Source of the DNA: a virus
Lineage: Duplodnaviria; Caudoviricetes
Strand: one strand, 5' to 3'
Length of the DNA stretch: 55,880 bases
Virus record (IMG/VR): IMGVR_UViG_3300035182_000298
Coordinates: 1-55,880 of that record
A program made the position numbers and the translations under genes. Numbering within the stretch: position 1 is the stretch's first letter; every line of letters begins with the position of its first letter. A model generated the notes under the pieces. It was not told where the DNA came from. It made no database searches and was given only the letters and a program-made list of their open reading frames with translations. This document shows, piece by piece, positions 36,943 through 47,923 of this stretch.

Positions 36943-38082
36943 ATGAATAATAATAACTGCGATCCATGTAATGTTGTACCAGGGGCACCTGTTACACTAG
37001 CTCCTATATGTCCTACACCATCTTGTGAAGACCTAGTTCCAACAGAATGTGTCATAAACAATCTGCTTGATGATGATTGTACTAGTTATTTGTATGAATA
37101 TGATGAACAAACAGGTGCATTAATTATAGACCCATTAACAAATGCACCCACTCCAATAACTAATGATGATGGACAGCCTTCATATCCACTGGGATTATCT
37201 ATAGTGCCTGGGCAGAATCTTAATACAATTCTTACTAATTTAGTAGATAGTCAGAATTGCGCGTTCAACCCCAACTATATTGCGGGTATGCTGCAAATCA
37301 TACAGGCTAATCCTAATCATCCTGTATCTCAAATATTCTGCAATCTTGTTTGTAGTTGTGTATGTGATGATGAAACATTGTGTGGCGGTATAGAAGTTGA
37401 GCAAGCAGTGTTTAATCCAATAGGTACAGATACTGTATCAATAACATGGTTTGCGTTACCAGGTGTTACCTACACCCTTAATTTTATTAATACAGGTACA
37501 CTTCCACCACAAACTAGTACAATACCAGGATTTATTCCTAATATTCCAATTGGTGGAGCAAGTTATACATATAATGTACTATCATCTGCTGGACTTGAAC
37601 CAGGTTCTCCTTACCAAATGACCATTACAGCTACAACACCAGATGGTGTAAGCTGTGAAAGTATTACTTGGTTTTTTAATACATTACCTAGTGAAGAATG
37701 CACCTGTCCTGATATTAGTATTCAGGTAGTAGATGAAAATGGAGCTGCGTTAGATGCAATCTCATTTAATATTATTTATTTGGGTAGTCCTACTGGTACT
37801 ATTCCTGTAGAATACTTACTACGAATAGAAGATATTAATGGAAATATAATTATTCCTGCTGGTTTATATCCATCGCTTGCTCCTAACCCAACACCTCTAT
37901 GTTTTGGTAATTGTCCTCCTGGTGGTGGAGCTGGTTTTGTTGGTGGTACTTACATAGTATATGTTACTCCAGTTTGTGAAGACCCAGATTGTCTTGGTAC
38001 TGAAGTCTACGAAGAAATATTAGTAGAGGGGCCATTATTGTGTGACGTACCTAACATTGTATCAATAATATCTAATCCATAA
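36943..38082 (+). CDS. Cys-rich virion protein with FN3/Ig-like domains
   Basis: VSITW...VTYTL...GLEPGSPYQMTITA follows an FN3-like pattern. Confidence 0.65.
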   Translation: MNNNNCDPCNVVPGAPVTLAPICPTPSCEDLVPTECVINNLLDDDCTSYLYEYDEQTGALIIDPLTNAPTPITNDDGQPSYPLGLSIVPGQNLNTILTNLVDSQNCAFNPNYIAGMLQIIQANPNHPVSQIFCNLVCSCVCDDETLCGGIEVEQAVFNPIGTDTVSITWFALPGVTYTLNFINTGTLPPQTSTIPGFIPNIPIGGASYTYNVLSSAGLEPGSPYQMTITATTPDGVSCESITWFFNTLPSEECTCPDISIQVVDENGAALDAISFNIIYLGSPTGTIPVEYLLRIEDINGNIIIPAGLYPSLAPNPTPLCFGNCPPGGGAGFVGGTYIVYVTPVCEDPDCLGTEVYEEILVEGPLLCDVPNIVSIISNP

Positions 38083-38086
38083 TGTA

Positions 38087-38785
38087 ATGTCAGAGTACGC
38101 TACATATACTATAGGTTATAGAGTAGAAGGAAATACATCAACTACTGTTGAAATAGTCTACAAGGCAAATACTGACGTGGGCTATACATCGTTGATCATT
38201 ATTCCTAGCTTAATTCCTAATCCTGCGCCCGCTGCTGAGTACACATATACTACTCCAGCCAATACACTCTACAAACACAGGATGTATACAATACAAGTAC
38301 AATCTATATGTAATGCAACTGTATTCTTTGGGGACTTGGCATATCTAATTACTCAACAATGTAATGAGGTATCAGCGGTGGTTGTAGGTTCTACAATAGA
38401 TGTTACGTGGGATTCGTGGACTCCACCATCTGGAGACTCAGTTAAAGAATACAGAATAGAATACAAAGAGGTAGGTTCACCTGGTCCATATTATGTTGAA
38501 ACAATACCTATGAGTACTATTGTAGCAGATTGGGTGGCTAATTTGACATACCCAAGCTATACATTTACACTTACAACTGGTATTATTCCTTCAGCTACCT
38601 ACGAAATTAATTTCTATACAGTAATTGAATATAATTATTATGCAAACTCGGGTGTGGCTCAAGCTCAAATAACAATAGGATCATGTACAGTTACTGGTTC
38701 ATTTGTGACAGCACTGTTTGAAACACTAGAAGATGATAACATAGGAATACAAGAAAACAATAATTTCTCAATACTTGAACAATAA
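38087..38785 (+). CDS. virion protein with FN3-like domains
   Basis: IDVTWDSW...EYRIEYKEVGS...PSATYEINF. Confidence 0.65.
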   Translation: MSEYATYTIGYRVEGNTSTTVEIVYKANTDVGYTSLIIIPSLIPNPAPAAEYTYTTPANTLYKHRMYTIQVQSICNATVFFGDLAYLITQQCNEVSAVVVGSTIDVTWDSWTPPSGDSVKEYRIEYKEVGSPGPYYVETIPMSTIVADWVANLTYPSYTFTLTTGIIPSATYEINFYTVIEYNYYANSGVAQAQITIGSCTVTGSFVTALFETLEDDNIGIQENNNFSILEQ

Positions 38786-41556
38786 TGGCAAATACTAAAA
38801 TATCTCAATTAACAACAGGTGCACCTGCTCTAGGTACTGACGAGTTTCGCATTGCTAGAATAGGTGTCCCTAATTTAGATTTTAAACTAGAGGTCGATGA
38901 TGTGGTCACGTATGTTGATACACAACTAACTCCTATTTCTTCATCTGATATTGGAGTTGCAGGTGGTATTGCACCACTTGATGGTGGCGGTTTAGTGCCT
39001 TCAGCTAATCTTCCATATACTACAATTTCATACCAAGGTACATGGGATGCATCTACTAATATACCTGCAATTGCATCTGGTGTAGGTATAGCAGGTGATT
39101 TCTACTGGATTATGACTGCAGGATCTACAACCATAGATGGAATAAATTCTTGGTTGGTAGGTGATGCTATTGTGTTTGATGGTAGTGTGTGGCAGAAGGG
39201 TACTATGGGTTCTCCAGGTACTCCTGGACCTGCTGGTAACACGATTCTAAGTGGTGCAGCTAATCCAACTGGTGCTACAGGTACAAATGGTGATTTTTAC
39301 ATCAACACTACTACTGATTTTATATTTGGTCCTAAAGCAGCTGGTACATGGCCATCTGGTGTATCATTAGTTGGTCCTGCAGGTGCTCCAGGAGCAGCTG
39401 GTGCTGCTGGTAGTAATGGTACCAACGGTACTAATGGTACTAATGGTACTAGTGGAAGTACCATACTTAATGGTTCAGGAGTTCCTAATAATGCAGTTGG
39501 TGTTAATGGAGATTTCTATCTTGATGCAACTAACACTATTATATATGGTCCCAAAAGTGGTGGTGTATGGTTAACTCCAGGTACTAGTTTGATTGGTCCA
39601 TCTGGATTACCTGGTTCAGGCACAGGTGCTAATGCAATAAATACAGCTGCGTATTGGGGAGCAGTGGGTAATGGTACATTTGTATCTGTTGCAGCTGCAA
39701 TTAATCCTTTAACAAATGTTGCATATGGAGCTGGTGGTCTTACTGCAGCTGAGACTCGTTGGAACACAGTTAGAGAGCGTTGGTCTATAGATACATTTAA
39801 CTTAACTACTATTATAGCATATCCAATAGGTGGTACATTTACCATTACAACTCCTGGTATTATTGGTTCAAGTATTAATTACACTGTACCTGCAACACCT
39901 CCTGTTACACTTGCTGAGCTTGCTCAAGAGATTGCTGAGACTATTAACAATGCAAGTAGTGGAAATCTAGCATTATCTCGCGCAGCTAATTCTACAGGTA
40001 ATATAGTGACTGTATATACCAAAAGTACAAATACTGTTACGATGACTAAATCAGCAACAGTACTAGGTACTATAACTGCAGCTAGAACTAGTATATTTAA
40101 TAATTCTACCATTAACATGTCCACTGATTCAGTTGACTGGGTTGCTTTACAGCAGTTAATGTATCTAACTGAAATAAATGTAAATACTAATTATGTTGAA
40201 TTTACTGCTGGTTCTAACTATGTCTTAAGCAGATCACTTGATATGCCTAATAAGACATTAAGTAGCAATAAAATATTTACGATTAATGGTAATAATGCTG
40301 CACTCAGACCACTTGATATTGCAACTAATGCAGCGCGTAAAAAACTAATTTATAGAGATATACCTGCTCAACGATACGCATTAGATGGCATACAGAGTAA
40401 TTTAGCTAAAATTCAAATTAGCAATATTTACTTTAGACTTCCTTTTTATACTACTAGAGATATCAATGTACAAACACAAAGTACAGGATGTATGCTAATG
40501 GGATATCAAGCATCAGTGAAAGATTGCATTTTTTATGGTGGGGATATAGGTCTTGACTATCAGTTTAATTTACAAGGATTAGTTGAGAATTGTGAGTTTG
40601 TTGAGCAATCTGTATATGGTGCAGTAGCTCGTAATGGACAATGGTTACAAGCTATTAGTGATAATGCTCAGTCAAATGGAACAGTGATGAAGGGTGTCAA
40701 ATTCAGACTTGCTGATAGGAATAACTTTACTACTGATGCTCAACTTAGTGGTATTTATATAGCAGGAGCTTCAGATTGTAGAGTAGAAGATATAATACTA
40801 GAAGGAGCAGAAGGAGCGCGCGGGGGTACATCTACTTCCACTGTTATCTATGGAACAGGTGTAAAAACATGGAGTACTAGCAACTTTACAGGTACTGTGG
40901 GTCAAACTATTTATATTGAAGAAACTCAGTTTAGATATATGGCGGGAACTGTGACTAGTTACGCAAGTGGTATCCTTACTGTGAATGTAACTACATCTGT
41001 ACCTAATGGAGCAGTTAACGCAAATAATTGGTCTTTTAGGATTGGCAATCGTTGTGTAAATGGTATTTACTTTAATAACCAAGGTACTTCTGTTGTAAAA
41101 GACTTTGCTATTTACAATGTGCATGTTGAAAAGGAGTTTGAGCAATATGCTTTTAAAGTGAGAGCATCTGCTGACACTCAGGTAGATATTAGAAAGATTG
41201 TTCTCATTGCTACTAAGAAGTTTGTAAGACTTGTAGAAAGTGAAGCACTTTTTGGCACTATTAGATTAAACCTTGAGCAGTTCCCATATCAACTACCTTC
41301 AGATAGTGGTCCTATATTTAAGAACTTCAGTAACACTGGTGCAGCAGCATGGCGTGTTAAAGATATAATGATTGTGCCAATACCTACAGCTGGTAAAATA
41401 TCCATCCCATCTTTTGGTACATATAACCCATATGATGTAGATGATACAGCAAGTGGTTGTTGGTTAGATGCTACTAGAACAGATATTTGGGATGTGACTG
41501 GTGGCGGTACAATACCTATTAATTCTAGGTTTATGTCTATACCCATGATGGCATAA
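38785..41556 (+). CDS. tail fibre/spike with collagen-like repeats and a probable beta-helix domain
   Basis: MANTKISQL N-terminus; YQGTWDASTN module; Gly-X-Y runs (GPAGAPGAAGAAGSNGTNGTNGTNGTSG); duplicated GxNGDFY...GPK module; pectin-lyase-like C-terminal half. Confidence 0.8.
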   Translation: MANTKISQLTTGAPALGTDEFRIARIGVPNLDFKLEVDDVVTYVDTQLTPISSSDIGVAGGIAPLDGGGLVPSANLPYTTISYQGTWDASTNIPAIASGVGIAGDFYWIMTAGSTTIDGINSWLVGDAIVFDGSVWQKGTMGSPGTPGPAGNTILSGAANPTGATGTNGDFYINTTTDFIFGPKAAGTWPSGVSLVGPAGAPGAAGAAGSNGTNGTNGTNGTSGSTILNGSGVPNNAVGVNGDFYLDATNTIIYGPKSGGVWLTPGTSLIGPSGLPGSGTGANAINTAAYWGAVGNGTFVSVAAAINPLTNVAYGAGGLTAAETRWNTVRERWSIDTFNLTTIIAYPIGGTFTITTPGIIGSSINYTVPATPPVTLAELAQEIAETINNASSGNLALSRAANSTGNIVTVYTKSTNTVTMTKSATVLGTITAARTSIFNNSTINMSTDSVDWVALQQLMYLTEINVNTNYVEFTAGSNYVLSRSLDMPNKTLSSNKIFTINGNNAALRPLDIATNAARKKLIYRDIPAQRYALDGIQSNLAKIQISNIYFRLPFYTTRDINVQTQSTGCMLMGYQASVKDCIFYGGDIGLDYQFNLQGLVENCEFVEQSVYGAVARNGQWLQAISDNAQSNGTVMKGVKFRLADRNNFTTDAQLSGIYIAGASDCRVEDIILEGAEGARGGTSTSTVIYGTGVKTWSTSNFTGTVGQTIYIEETQFRYMAGTVTSYASGILTVNVTTSVPNGAVNANNWSFRIGNRCVNGIYFNNQGTSVVKDFAIYNVHVEKEFEQYAFKVRASADTQVDIRKIVLIATKKFVRLVESEALFGTIRLNLEQFPYQLPSDSGPIFKNFSNTGAAAWRVKDIMIVPIPTAGKISIPSFGTYNPYDVDDTASGCWLDATRTDIWDVTGGGTIPINSRFMSIPMMA

Positions 41557-43082
41557 TGAGTTCAAGTTCATCTAATCAATCTACTATATCACTTAATGGT
41601 AAACCAATTGAGCTGAGTAACTATTCTCAGAATTTGATTGAACTGAAATACTATCCTAATGGTATATCAATTCCTGGTTTATCAACAAGTCTTTACTTTG
41701 ATAAAAAGGGGTTGGTTGTTCAACTACAGGGGAGTACTAGTCCAAATCCAATACCAGATTCATTTGTATTTAGTAGTTTATTATCAGTATCATATCAGTT
41801 TAACTATTATGATGTTATTCTTCCAGTTACAACGGGTGGACCAGGGGAACTATTAAATATTATAAATGGTTGGTTAGGATATGTATCTGGGATAACAGTA
41901 AATGGAGGCAGTACATCAGAATTATTAAATAAAATAAATTTAATAGAAGGTACTAATATTGCAATTACATCAGTTTCAGATGCAATAAATAATGAACTTG
42001 GTATAACAATTAGTGCAAGTACTGATATACAATACACAGCATTCGTAGCATCGTATGGTAATGATGTAACGGGAGCGATTGGTGATATTTCAAAGCCTTA
42101 TTTGACTTTGCAAGCAGCACTAGATGGGTTAAAAGATTTGGTTGTAAATAAAGCAGTAGTTGTTGCATTAACTACCGATGCTGATATTACAATTACTAAT
42201 TGTGATATTAATTTAGGTTATCCGTACCATTTAACAATTGATTATACTCTTCAAAATGAAAATCCAATATTTTTTGATGGAGGAACGATGACTTTGGGTA
42301 ATGCTACATTTATTGCTCCTTATGGTATTAGTGTAGTAAATTCGACAATAATACTGAAAGATGATTTTATTTATTTCTATTGCGGAGATTTTAGCACTAC
42401 TGCCTTAGCCAGTATAAATGCAAGTACAATAGAATGTAGAAATTATTATAATGAAGGCACTGTTCAGTCAAATAAATTAATTGTTAAAGACGCATACAGT
42501 GGTTCAGGAACAACAACATCAACTACTACCTACCGCACCGTCCTTCAAGGCATAGTAGTAGGTGATGTTCCAACATGGGATGGGAATGATTATGTTCCAG
42601 CACTACCATTGCGTTATTATGGAGCTTGGCAAGACAATGTTACACAAACTGCTGCTGCTGACAACACTGCTTACGCAATGATTTATAGAACTGTAGATCT
42701 TTCTAATGGAATTACAGTTGTTACTGATGGGACTAATCTTACGAGAATAACATTTGCAAATACAGGTATTTATAATATACAATTTTCTGTTCAATTAGAA
42801 AGTTTATCTAACGCAAGTGAAGATGTAACTATATGGTTACGTAAGAATGGAGTTGATTTACCAGCAACAGGTAGTATAGTTGGTATGACTCAAAGAAAAG
42901 GTGCGGGAGATCCTTATCATACAATAGCTTCTTGGAATTTTGTTTTAAGTGTAATTGCTGGAGAGTATTATCAGTTAATGTGGAGTACAACTAACCATAC
43001 AGATATAATTATACGTGCTTATACAGCAACACCTCCTGCACCAGCAGTTCCATCAATTATATTAACAGTTACACAGGTGTAG
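41556..43082 (+). CDS. fibre protein with a C1q/BclA-like C-terminal domain
   Basis: GNDVTGAIGDISKPYLTLQAA; C-terminal RITFANTGIYNIQFSVQL...IWLRKNGVD...PSIILTVTQV. Confidence 0.75.
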   Translation: MSSSSSNQSTISLNGKPIELSNYSQNLIELKYYPNGISIPGLSTSLYFDKKGLVVQLQGSTSPNPIPDSFVFSSLLSVSYQFNYYDVILPVTTGGPGELLNIINGWLGYVSGITVNGGSTSELLNKINLIEGTNIAITSVSDAINNELGITISASTDIQYTAFVASYGNDVTGAIGDISKPYLTLQAALDGLKDLVVNKAVVVALTTDADITITNCDINLGYPYHLTIDYTLQNENPIFFDGGTMTLGNATFIAPYGISVVNSTIILKDDFIYFYCGDFSTTALASINASTIECRNYYNEGTVQSNKLIVKDAYSGSGTTTSTTTYRTVLQGIVVGDVPTWDGNDYVPALPLRYYGAWQDNVTQTAAADNTAYAMIYRTVDLSNGITVVTDGTNLTRITFANTGIYNIQFSVQLESLSNASEDVTIWLRKNGVDLPATGSIVGMTQRKGAGDPYHTIASWNFVLSVIAGEYYQLMWSTTNHTDIIIRAYTATPPAPAVPSIILTVTQV

Positions 43083-43146
43083 TTTGAGAATAAATCATGG
43101 CAACTAAAAAAACAATCATCAAATTTATTTCTGATAAAATACTACA

Positions 43147-46100
43147 ATGAACATTATAGTAAACTGGGCGCCAGACGCCATATCGCTTCTACCTACAGAT
43201 GAGTATGATGTACTGTATAAAATAGCAGACTCTGCTAATCTTAATAATTGGATAGTAGCTAATTTGCAGCAAGCTCCATTTGGACCTCTACCTGCGGGTA
43301 CTACTCAGTATACAATTAATAATGTTTTACCTAATACAGTATATAGAGTAGCTGTTGCTAAAAGCTGTAGTGGTACTCCTACTTTTGTAGTAGAAGGGCA
43401 AATTATTGTAGAAGATTGTTTAATAACTTCATTTTATCAAGGACCTCCTGTTAATGGTTATCCTACATTATTTTACTCAATGTCATCCCCTGATTCTAAT
43501 CATTTGATTAGTAATTCGGTTACAATGTATGACATGACTGCAGGGGATTATCCTTTCTTACTAGAATGTGCAAACCCATGTCCTAATGATCTTTTATTTC
43601 CAGTAGGTAGAATTATACCTATAGATGAGCAATGCTTTACATGTCCACCTTTTGCTTCTACTATATATGGTGGAGTTTGTATAAAAGATTCTGCAAAGTA
43701 TTTATCACCAAGTGGGATATCATCTAGTGCTGGTTATTATGGAAACTATGCAGTTAATCCATTGTGTCTTGGATCTTCTGGTCCCATTCTATTTACATAT
43801 GGCAATGATTATAAGTTAGACTATAAAAACCGAAATATTGATGTAAATTATAATTATGAATTTCCAGCAGACTTAAATTTATTTACTCAAAGTACAAACA
43901 CATGCTTTAGTAATATTGCTAATTATCTTGCGTTTACTCCTACACCTATTGCATTGGATGATGCAAGAATAAGCGGGGCGCTTTTGCATGATCCCATAAC
44001 AGGTGAATATAGCTTTAGTATAGAGGATGGTACTGGACAAACTAATATAGAAGAGTACACAATTTTATACACATCTGATGATGCTTCTTTATCATCACCT
44101 CTTCCACTAGTTGATAATAGTGGAGCAGTTATTACAGATTTCAATGTTGATTATGCAGTATATTGTCCTGTAGAAATACTTCCTATACTTAGTCCTGTTC
44201 AATTATCTATAGGAATGACAGTCGAGGTATTTATATATGATCCAGGTCTTAACAATATTTGCAATATTAGTAATGCTAATTACACAGGATTAACATTAGC
44301 TCAAGCGTGTACTAGTATAGCTAGTTATATTACTGCCAACACTGCTTATGATGCAAATGCTGTAATAATTAATGGAACGCAGTATATTAGAATAGTATGT
44401 CCAGGTGTTAATGTAATTGCTTCTGGAGAAATTAAAATAAGTGGCCCATCTCTTATGGGACCTACATCACCAGATATTTTTCAAGTAGCTCCTACTAGTG
44501 TAACTGATTTTAGAATACAAAGCGCACTTATTTATGATAGTGGTTCTGGTGATAAGATATATGGAGCTCGTGGATTTCAGGGAAATGATACTGGTAAAAT
44601 AGAAGTAACAGATATTACTACAGCTACTACACTAGAGTATAATCACCCAATAGCTATTCAGACATCTCGACTTAATCTAGTAGATGTTGCACCACCTGCA
44701 CGCGCGTGGAACATTGATGTATCAGATGCAGCGGGTGTTGGAGTAGGCGGTATAAATCAAGACATTGTAAAAACAGCAGCAGTATGGAATACTGGATATG
44801 TATATCGACTATTCTATACGGATACAACTGGTACAGAAATACGTGTAACTGATGATGCGGGCACTTTAATTGATTCTGAATTTCTATCTACTATAACTGG
44901 AAATTCAGAATGTGCTCGTTTAATATCAGTGGATCAAACAAATGGTATTCAACTTATAGTGATGGTTGATGATCCATCTTCTCCTGGACAATGTATTGCA
45001 GAAATTATTCAACATAGTGCAGTAGCAAATTGGGTTAGTGTTAATACAATTAATAATATTCCTTCTGCTAATGAAGTAGTAAAAGGTACAATCACTGGAG
45101 TAGTTGCTCCCTTTGCTGTAGTTTCTAGTACTCAATATAGTATTACAGTTACGGGCAATCCTTGGACAAATAATCAATACAATCTTTTTACTATTGAAAT
45201 TATTACTGGTGCATCTGCAGGAACCAAGGTACAATTGTATTTTTATTGCCCAGGACCTCCTTGTAATTTACCTTACTTAACTAATTTTAGCAATAACACA
45301 AATACTTTATTTATTAATCCAGCTGCTTCTTATGGATTTGATGCAAGTGTCTTAGCACCTGGTGATCAATTTGTTCTTCTTAATGATCAAGATTATATTG
45401 GTGAGATATATGATATAAATGCTAGTTATACAGCTGCTCAATACAATAATTATAAAATAACATTTGAGGATGCAACTAATCCTTTGCTAGGCAATGAGTT
45501 TAGCATTGTAGGTACAAGTCCCACAAGTATCCGCGTTGGTCCTTTAGGTATTGGTACTTATTTTAATAATATTACTCAAACATCTCCAGCTCCTTCAATT
45601 ACACGATTAAACTATGATACGCCATATAGGATCTATAAAATCAATGATGGTGATATTGTATTTAATCCTGTAAACAATTATTGGTATCACTCCTGTGGCA
45701 ATGGTCAGATAAATGTTATAGATTCTGTAACAGGAACTCTTATTAGTACAGAACAACTTCTAGAACCCAATAGTGTAACTTTTGCAAATGGATCATTTCA
45801 GATAGCAATAGATTCATTAGGTGAAGCATATTGTATTCAGCGTGATTCTACCAACACTGATGTAGGTGTTACTCTCATCCCTATCGCCAGTAAGAATATT
45901 TATCGCCTAAATGCTTCAGGTTTTGCTCTTGCTGCTATTAATGGTTCAATCTTATGGAATGAAAACATAGCAGGTAACATATCAGTGTATGATGACGGGG
46001 TTAATGAACACTTGTTCTTTACATCTATTGATACACGTAAGATTTATAAGTATAACATTAGTGCAAATACATTTATATCTAAAACTGTACCTAGTGTCTA

Positions 46101-47922
46101 CAAGAAATCATCAGCTGTTGAGAAAATTCAAGGAGCAGTTCATATAGAAAATGAGTTCATGATAATCATGAACAAATTAAGTTCAAGCCCATCTGCTAAC
46201 ATATTAAACGATTATACATTTACAAATCTTTTTGTATATGATTTTGCAGGCAATTCTATTGAACAAGTATTAGTTGGAGCAGACTCAACACCATATGCAG
46301 GTGCCACTATTAATTGGAATCTTGGAATTTATGGAGAAACATTTGCTGAGTACAATTTAGCTAAAGATTATGGACTTGGTGGACTATCAATCAAAGTCAA
46401 CGGTTCATTACCTTCTGCTAGAATTTTTTGGAAACAATGGACAACAGATAATTACTATCAATCTCAAGGTTTTGTAGAAACAGGTGTTGCTCAATTGTGG
46501 GGAATATGTATAGGTGAAAGTGGTGGAGATCTTATAAAGATCTGGAACATTCAGTCAAACGGTAGTTTGCAAGCATCAAATAGAACACTTTATACTTATG
46601 GTGGTACAAGATCGTATACAAATCTTCCTGTTAAGATGGAATACGACACTTTTTATAATCATGTAGTTGGTGTTACATTTGCTAGTCAAAGTCTTGTGTT
46701 AATAGATCCTGTAAATTTCACAGGTTATCACGGTGGTCCTTATTATGGCAATTACAATGTTTCTACTAATAAACTTGCTATTGACACTCTTGCATCTGGA
46801 ACTTTAGTTTTTCCAACTGATTTTATCACCAACAATCAAGGTACTATAACAATTTTTGGAGGTAAGAATAGTAGTGTTAATTCAATATATGTTAGATATA
46901 CAAGTGTTGATATAACTGGTCCAAATAATTCATTCACAAGTACAGGGACGTTAGGAGATGGTTCTAGTCCTAATCCTGGATTATTTTATTTAGGATATAA
47001 TCCTGGTTATTCACAAGTATATAATCCATCAAGTAATCAAATATGGTTGATGGCTCGTAATATACCTGATATTTGTGAAAATCCTCCATGCCCTCCAAAT
47101 GCACTTACAACTCAAGATGTAGTTATTGGAATTTTAGATCATGATACGCTAAATGTAATAGATGTAATTAATCTGTCAAATCAAAATGCAGATCCTATAG
47201 GTAGTGTTGGATATTACTTCTTAGGATTCTATATTCCAGCACTTGATTTGATGTGTTACATTGGGGGTTTTAATGGTAAGTTATTATTGATCAATGCTAC
47301 CACTAGACAAACTGTTTATAATGGATCACTCGTCCCAGCTGCTAATTTCTTAAGAACTCCTCCTTTATTGCTTACATCATATTATGGTTGGATGGTTCCT
47401 TATAATAATGGAGTATTTTTAGATTATACAATTAACACATTATTAAATGAGCGTTGGGTATATCTTACTCCACAAACTGTGACATATACAGGATTAACAC
47501 ATAATATTTTAACAATTAATGTAGAGGGTGTTGATATTCTTTTACAAGATGATGTATATGCAACTACCCTAACAGGTAATACATTTGGACAATGGAAAGT
47601 GTTGACAGATGATACATGGGCTTCTATACCTGGAAGTGGAACAATTACAATCAATCCAAATGAAATCATTGAGTTTGTTATGTTTGACAAGCAGATAAAA
47701 CTCATAGAGGTAGAAAACCTTTCAACTGCAACTATATATGATCTGGCAAACTATACAGATCTATCTACTTTACCCACGTTCAACAATAAGAATTTCATAC
47801 GAAACTTTTCTATTAAAGCGGATAACATAAATGTATCTAATGGTGATCAATTAAAGTTTACTTTTAGCAATCCTGCAAACGCCAACAATCCATTCATAAA
47901 CACTGTAATACTCAATTTCTAA
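43147..47922 (+). CDS. large virion/receptor-binding protein (FN3-like N-terminus, probable beta-propeller regions)
   Basis: 1591 aa; YTINNVLPNTVYRVAV; repeated (F/Y)NPxxNxxW-type blade motifs. Confidence 0.7.
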   Translation: MNIIVNWAPDAISLLPTDEYDVLYKIADSANLNNWIVANLQQAPFGPLPAGTTQYTINNVLPNTVYRVAVAKSCSGTPTFVVEGQIIVEDCLITSFYQGPPVNGYPTLFYSMSSPDSNHLISNSVTMYDMTAGDYPFLLECANPCPNDLLFPVGRIIPIDEQCFTCPPFASTIYGGVCIKDSAKYLSPSGISSSAGYYGNYAVNPLCLGSSGPILFTYGNDYKLDYKNRNIDVNYNYEFPADLNLFTQSTNTCFSNIANYLAFTPTPIALDDARISGALLHDPITGEYSFSIEDGTGQTNIEEYTILYTSDDASLSSPLPLVDNSGAVITDFNVDYAVYCPVEILPILSPVQLSIGMTVEVFIYDPGLNNICNISNANYTGLTLAQACTSIASYITANTAYDANAVIINGTQYIRIVCPGVNVIASGEIKISGPSLMGPTSPDIFQVAPTSVTDFRIQSALIYDSGSGDKIYGARGFQGNDTGKIEVTDITTATTLEYNHPIAIQTSRLNLVDVAPPARAWNIDVSDAAGVGVGGINQDIVKTAAVWNTGYVYRLFYTDTTGTEIRVTDDAGTLIDSEFLSTITGNSECARLISVDQTNGIQLIVMVDDPSSPGQCIAEIIQHSAVANWVSVNTINNIPSANEVVKGTITGVVAPFAVVSSTQYSITVTGNPWTNNQYNLFTIEIITGASAGTKVQLYFYCPGPPCNLPYLTNFSNNTNTLFINPAASYGFDASVLAPGDQFVLLNDQDYIGEIYDINASYTAAQYNNYKITFEDATNPLLGNEFSIVGTSPTSIRVGPLGIGTYFNNITQTSPAPSITRLNYDTPYRIYKINDGDIVFNPVNNYWYHSCGNGQINVIDSVTGTLISTEQLLEPNSVTFANGSFQIAIDSLGEAYCIQRDSTNTDVGVTLIPIASKNIYRLNASGFALAAINGSILWNENIAGNISVYDDGVNEHLFFTSIDTRKIYKYNISANTFISKTVPSVYKKSSAVEKIQGAVHIENEFMIIMNKLSSSPSANILNDYTFTNLFVYDFAGNSIEQVLVGADSTPYAGATINWNLGIYGETFAEYNLAKDYGLGGLSIKVNGSLPSARIFWKQWTTDNYYQSQGFVETGVAQLWGICIGESGGDLIKIWNIQSNGSLQASNRTLYTYGGTRSYTNLPVKMEYDTFYNHVVGVTFASQSLVLIDPVNFTGYHGGPYYGNYNVSTNKLAIDTLASGTLVFPTDFITNNQGTITIFGGKNSSVNSIYVRYTSVDITGPNNSFTSTGTLGDGSSPNPGLFYLGYNPGYSQVYNPSSNQIWLMARNIPDICENPPCPPNALTTQDVVIGILDHDTLNVIDVINLSNQNADPIGSVGYYFLGFYIPALDLMCYIGGFNGKLLLINATTRQTVYNGSLVPAANFLRTPPLLLTSYYGWMVPYNNGVFLDYTINTLLNERWVYLTPQTVTYTGLTHNILTINVEGVDILLQDDVYATTLTGNTFGQWKVLTDDTWASIPGSGTITINPNEIIEFVMFDKQIKLIEVENLSTATIYDLANYTDLSTLPTFNNKNFIRNFSIKADNINVSNGDQLKFTFSNPANANNPFINTVILNF

Positions 47923-47923
47923 A

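Noticed and set aside
39410-39452. Tandem 9-bp repeats (GGTACTAAT-like)
   Set aside because: Explained by collagen-like GTN codons in the fibre protein.
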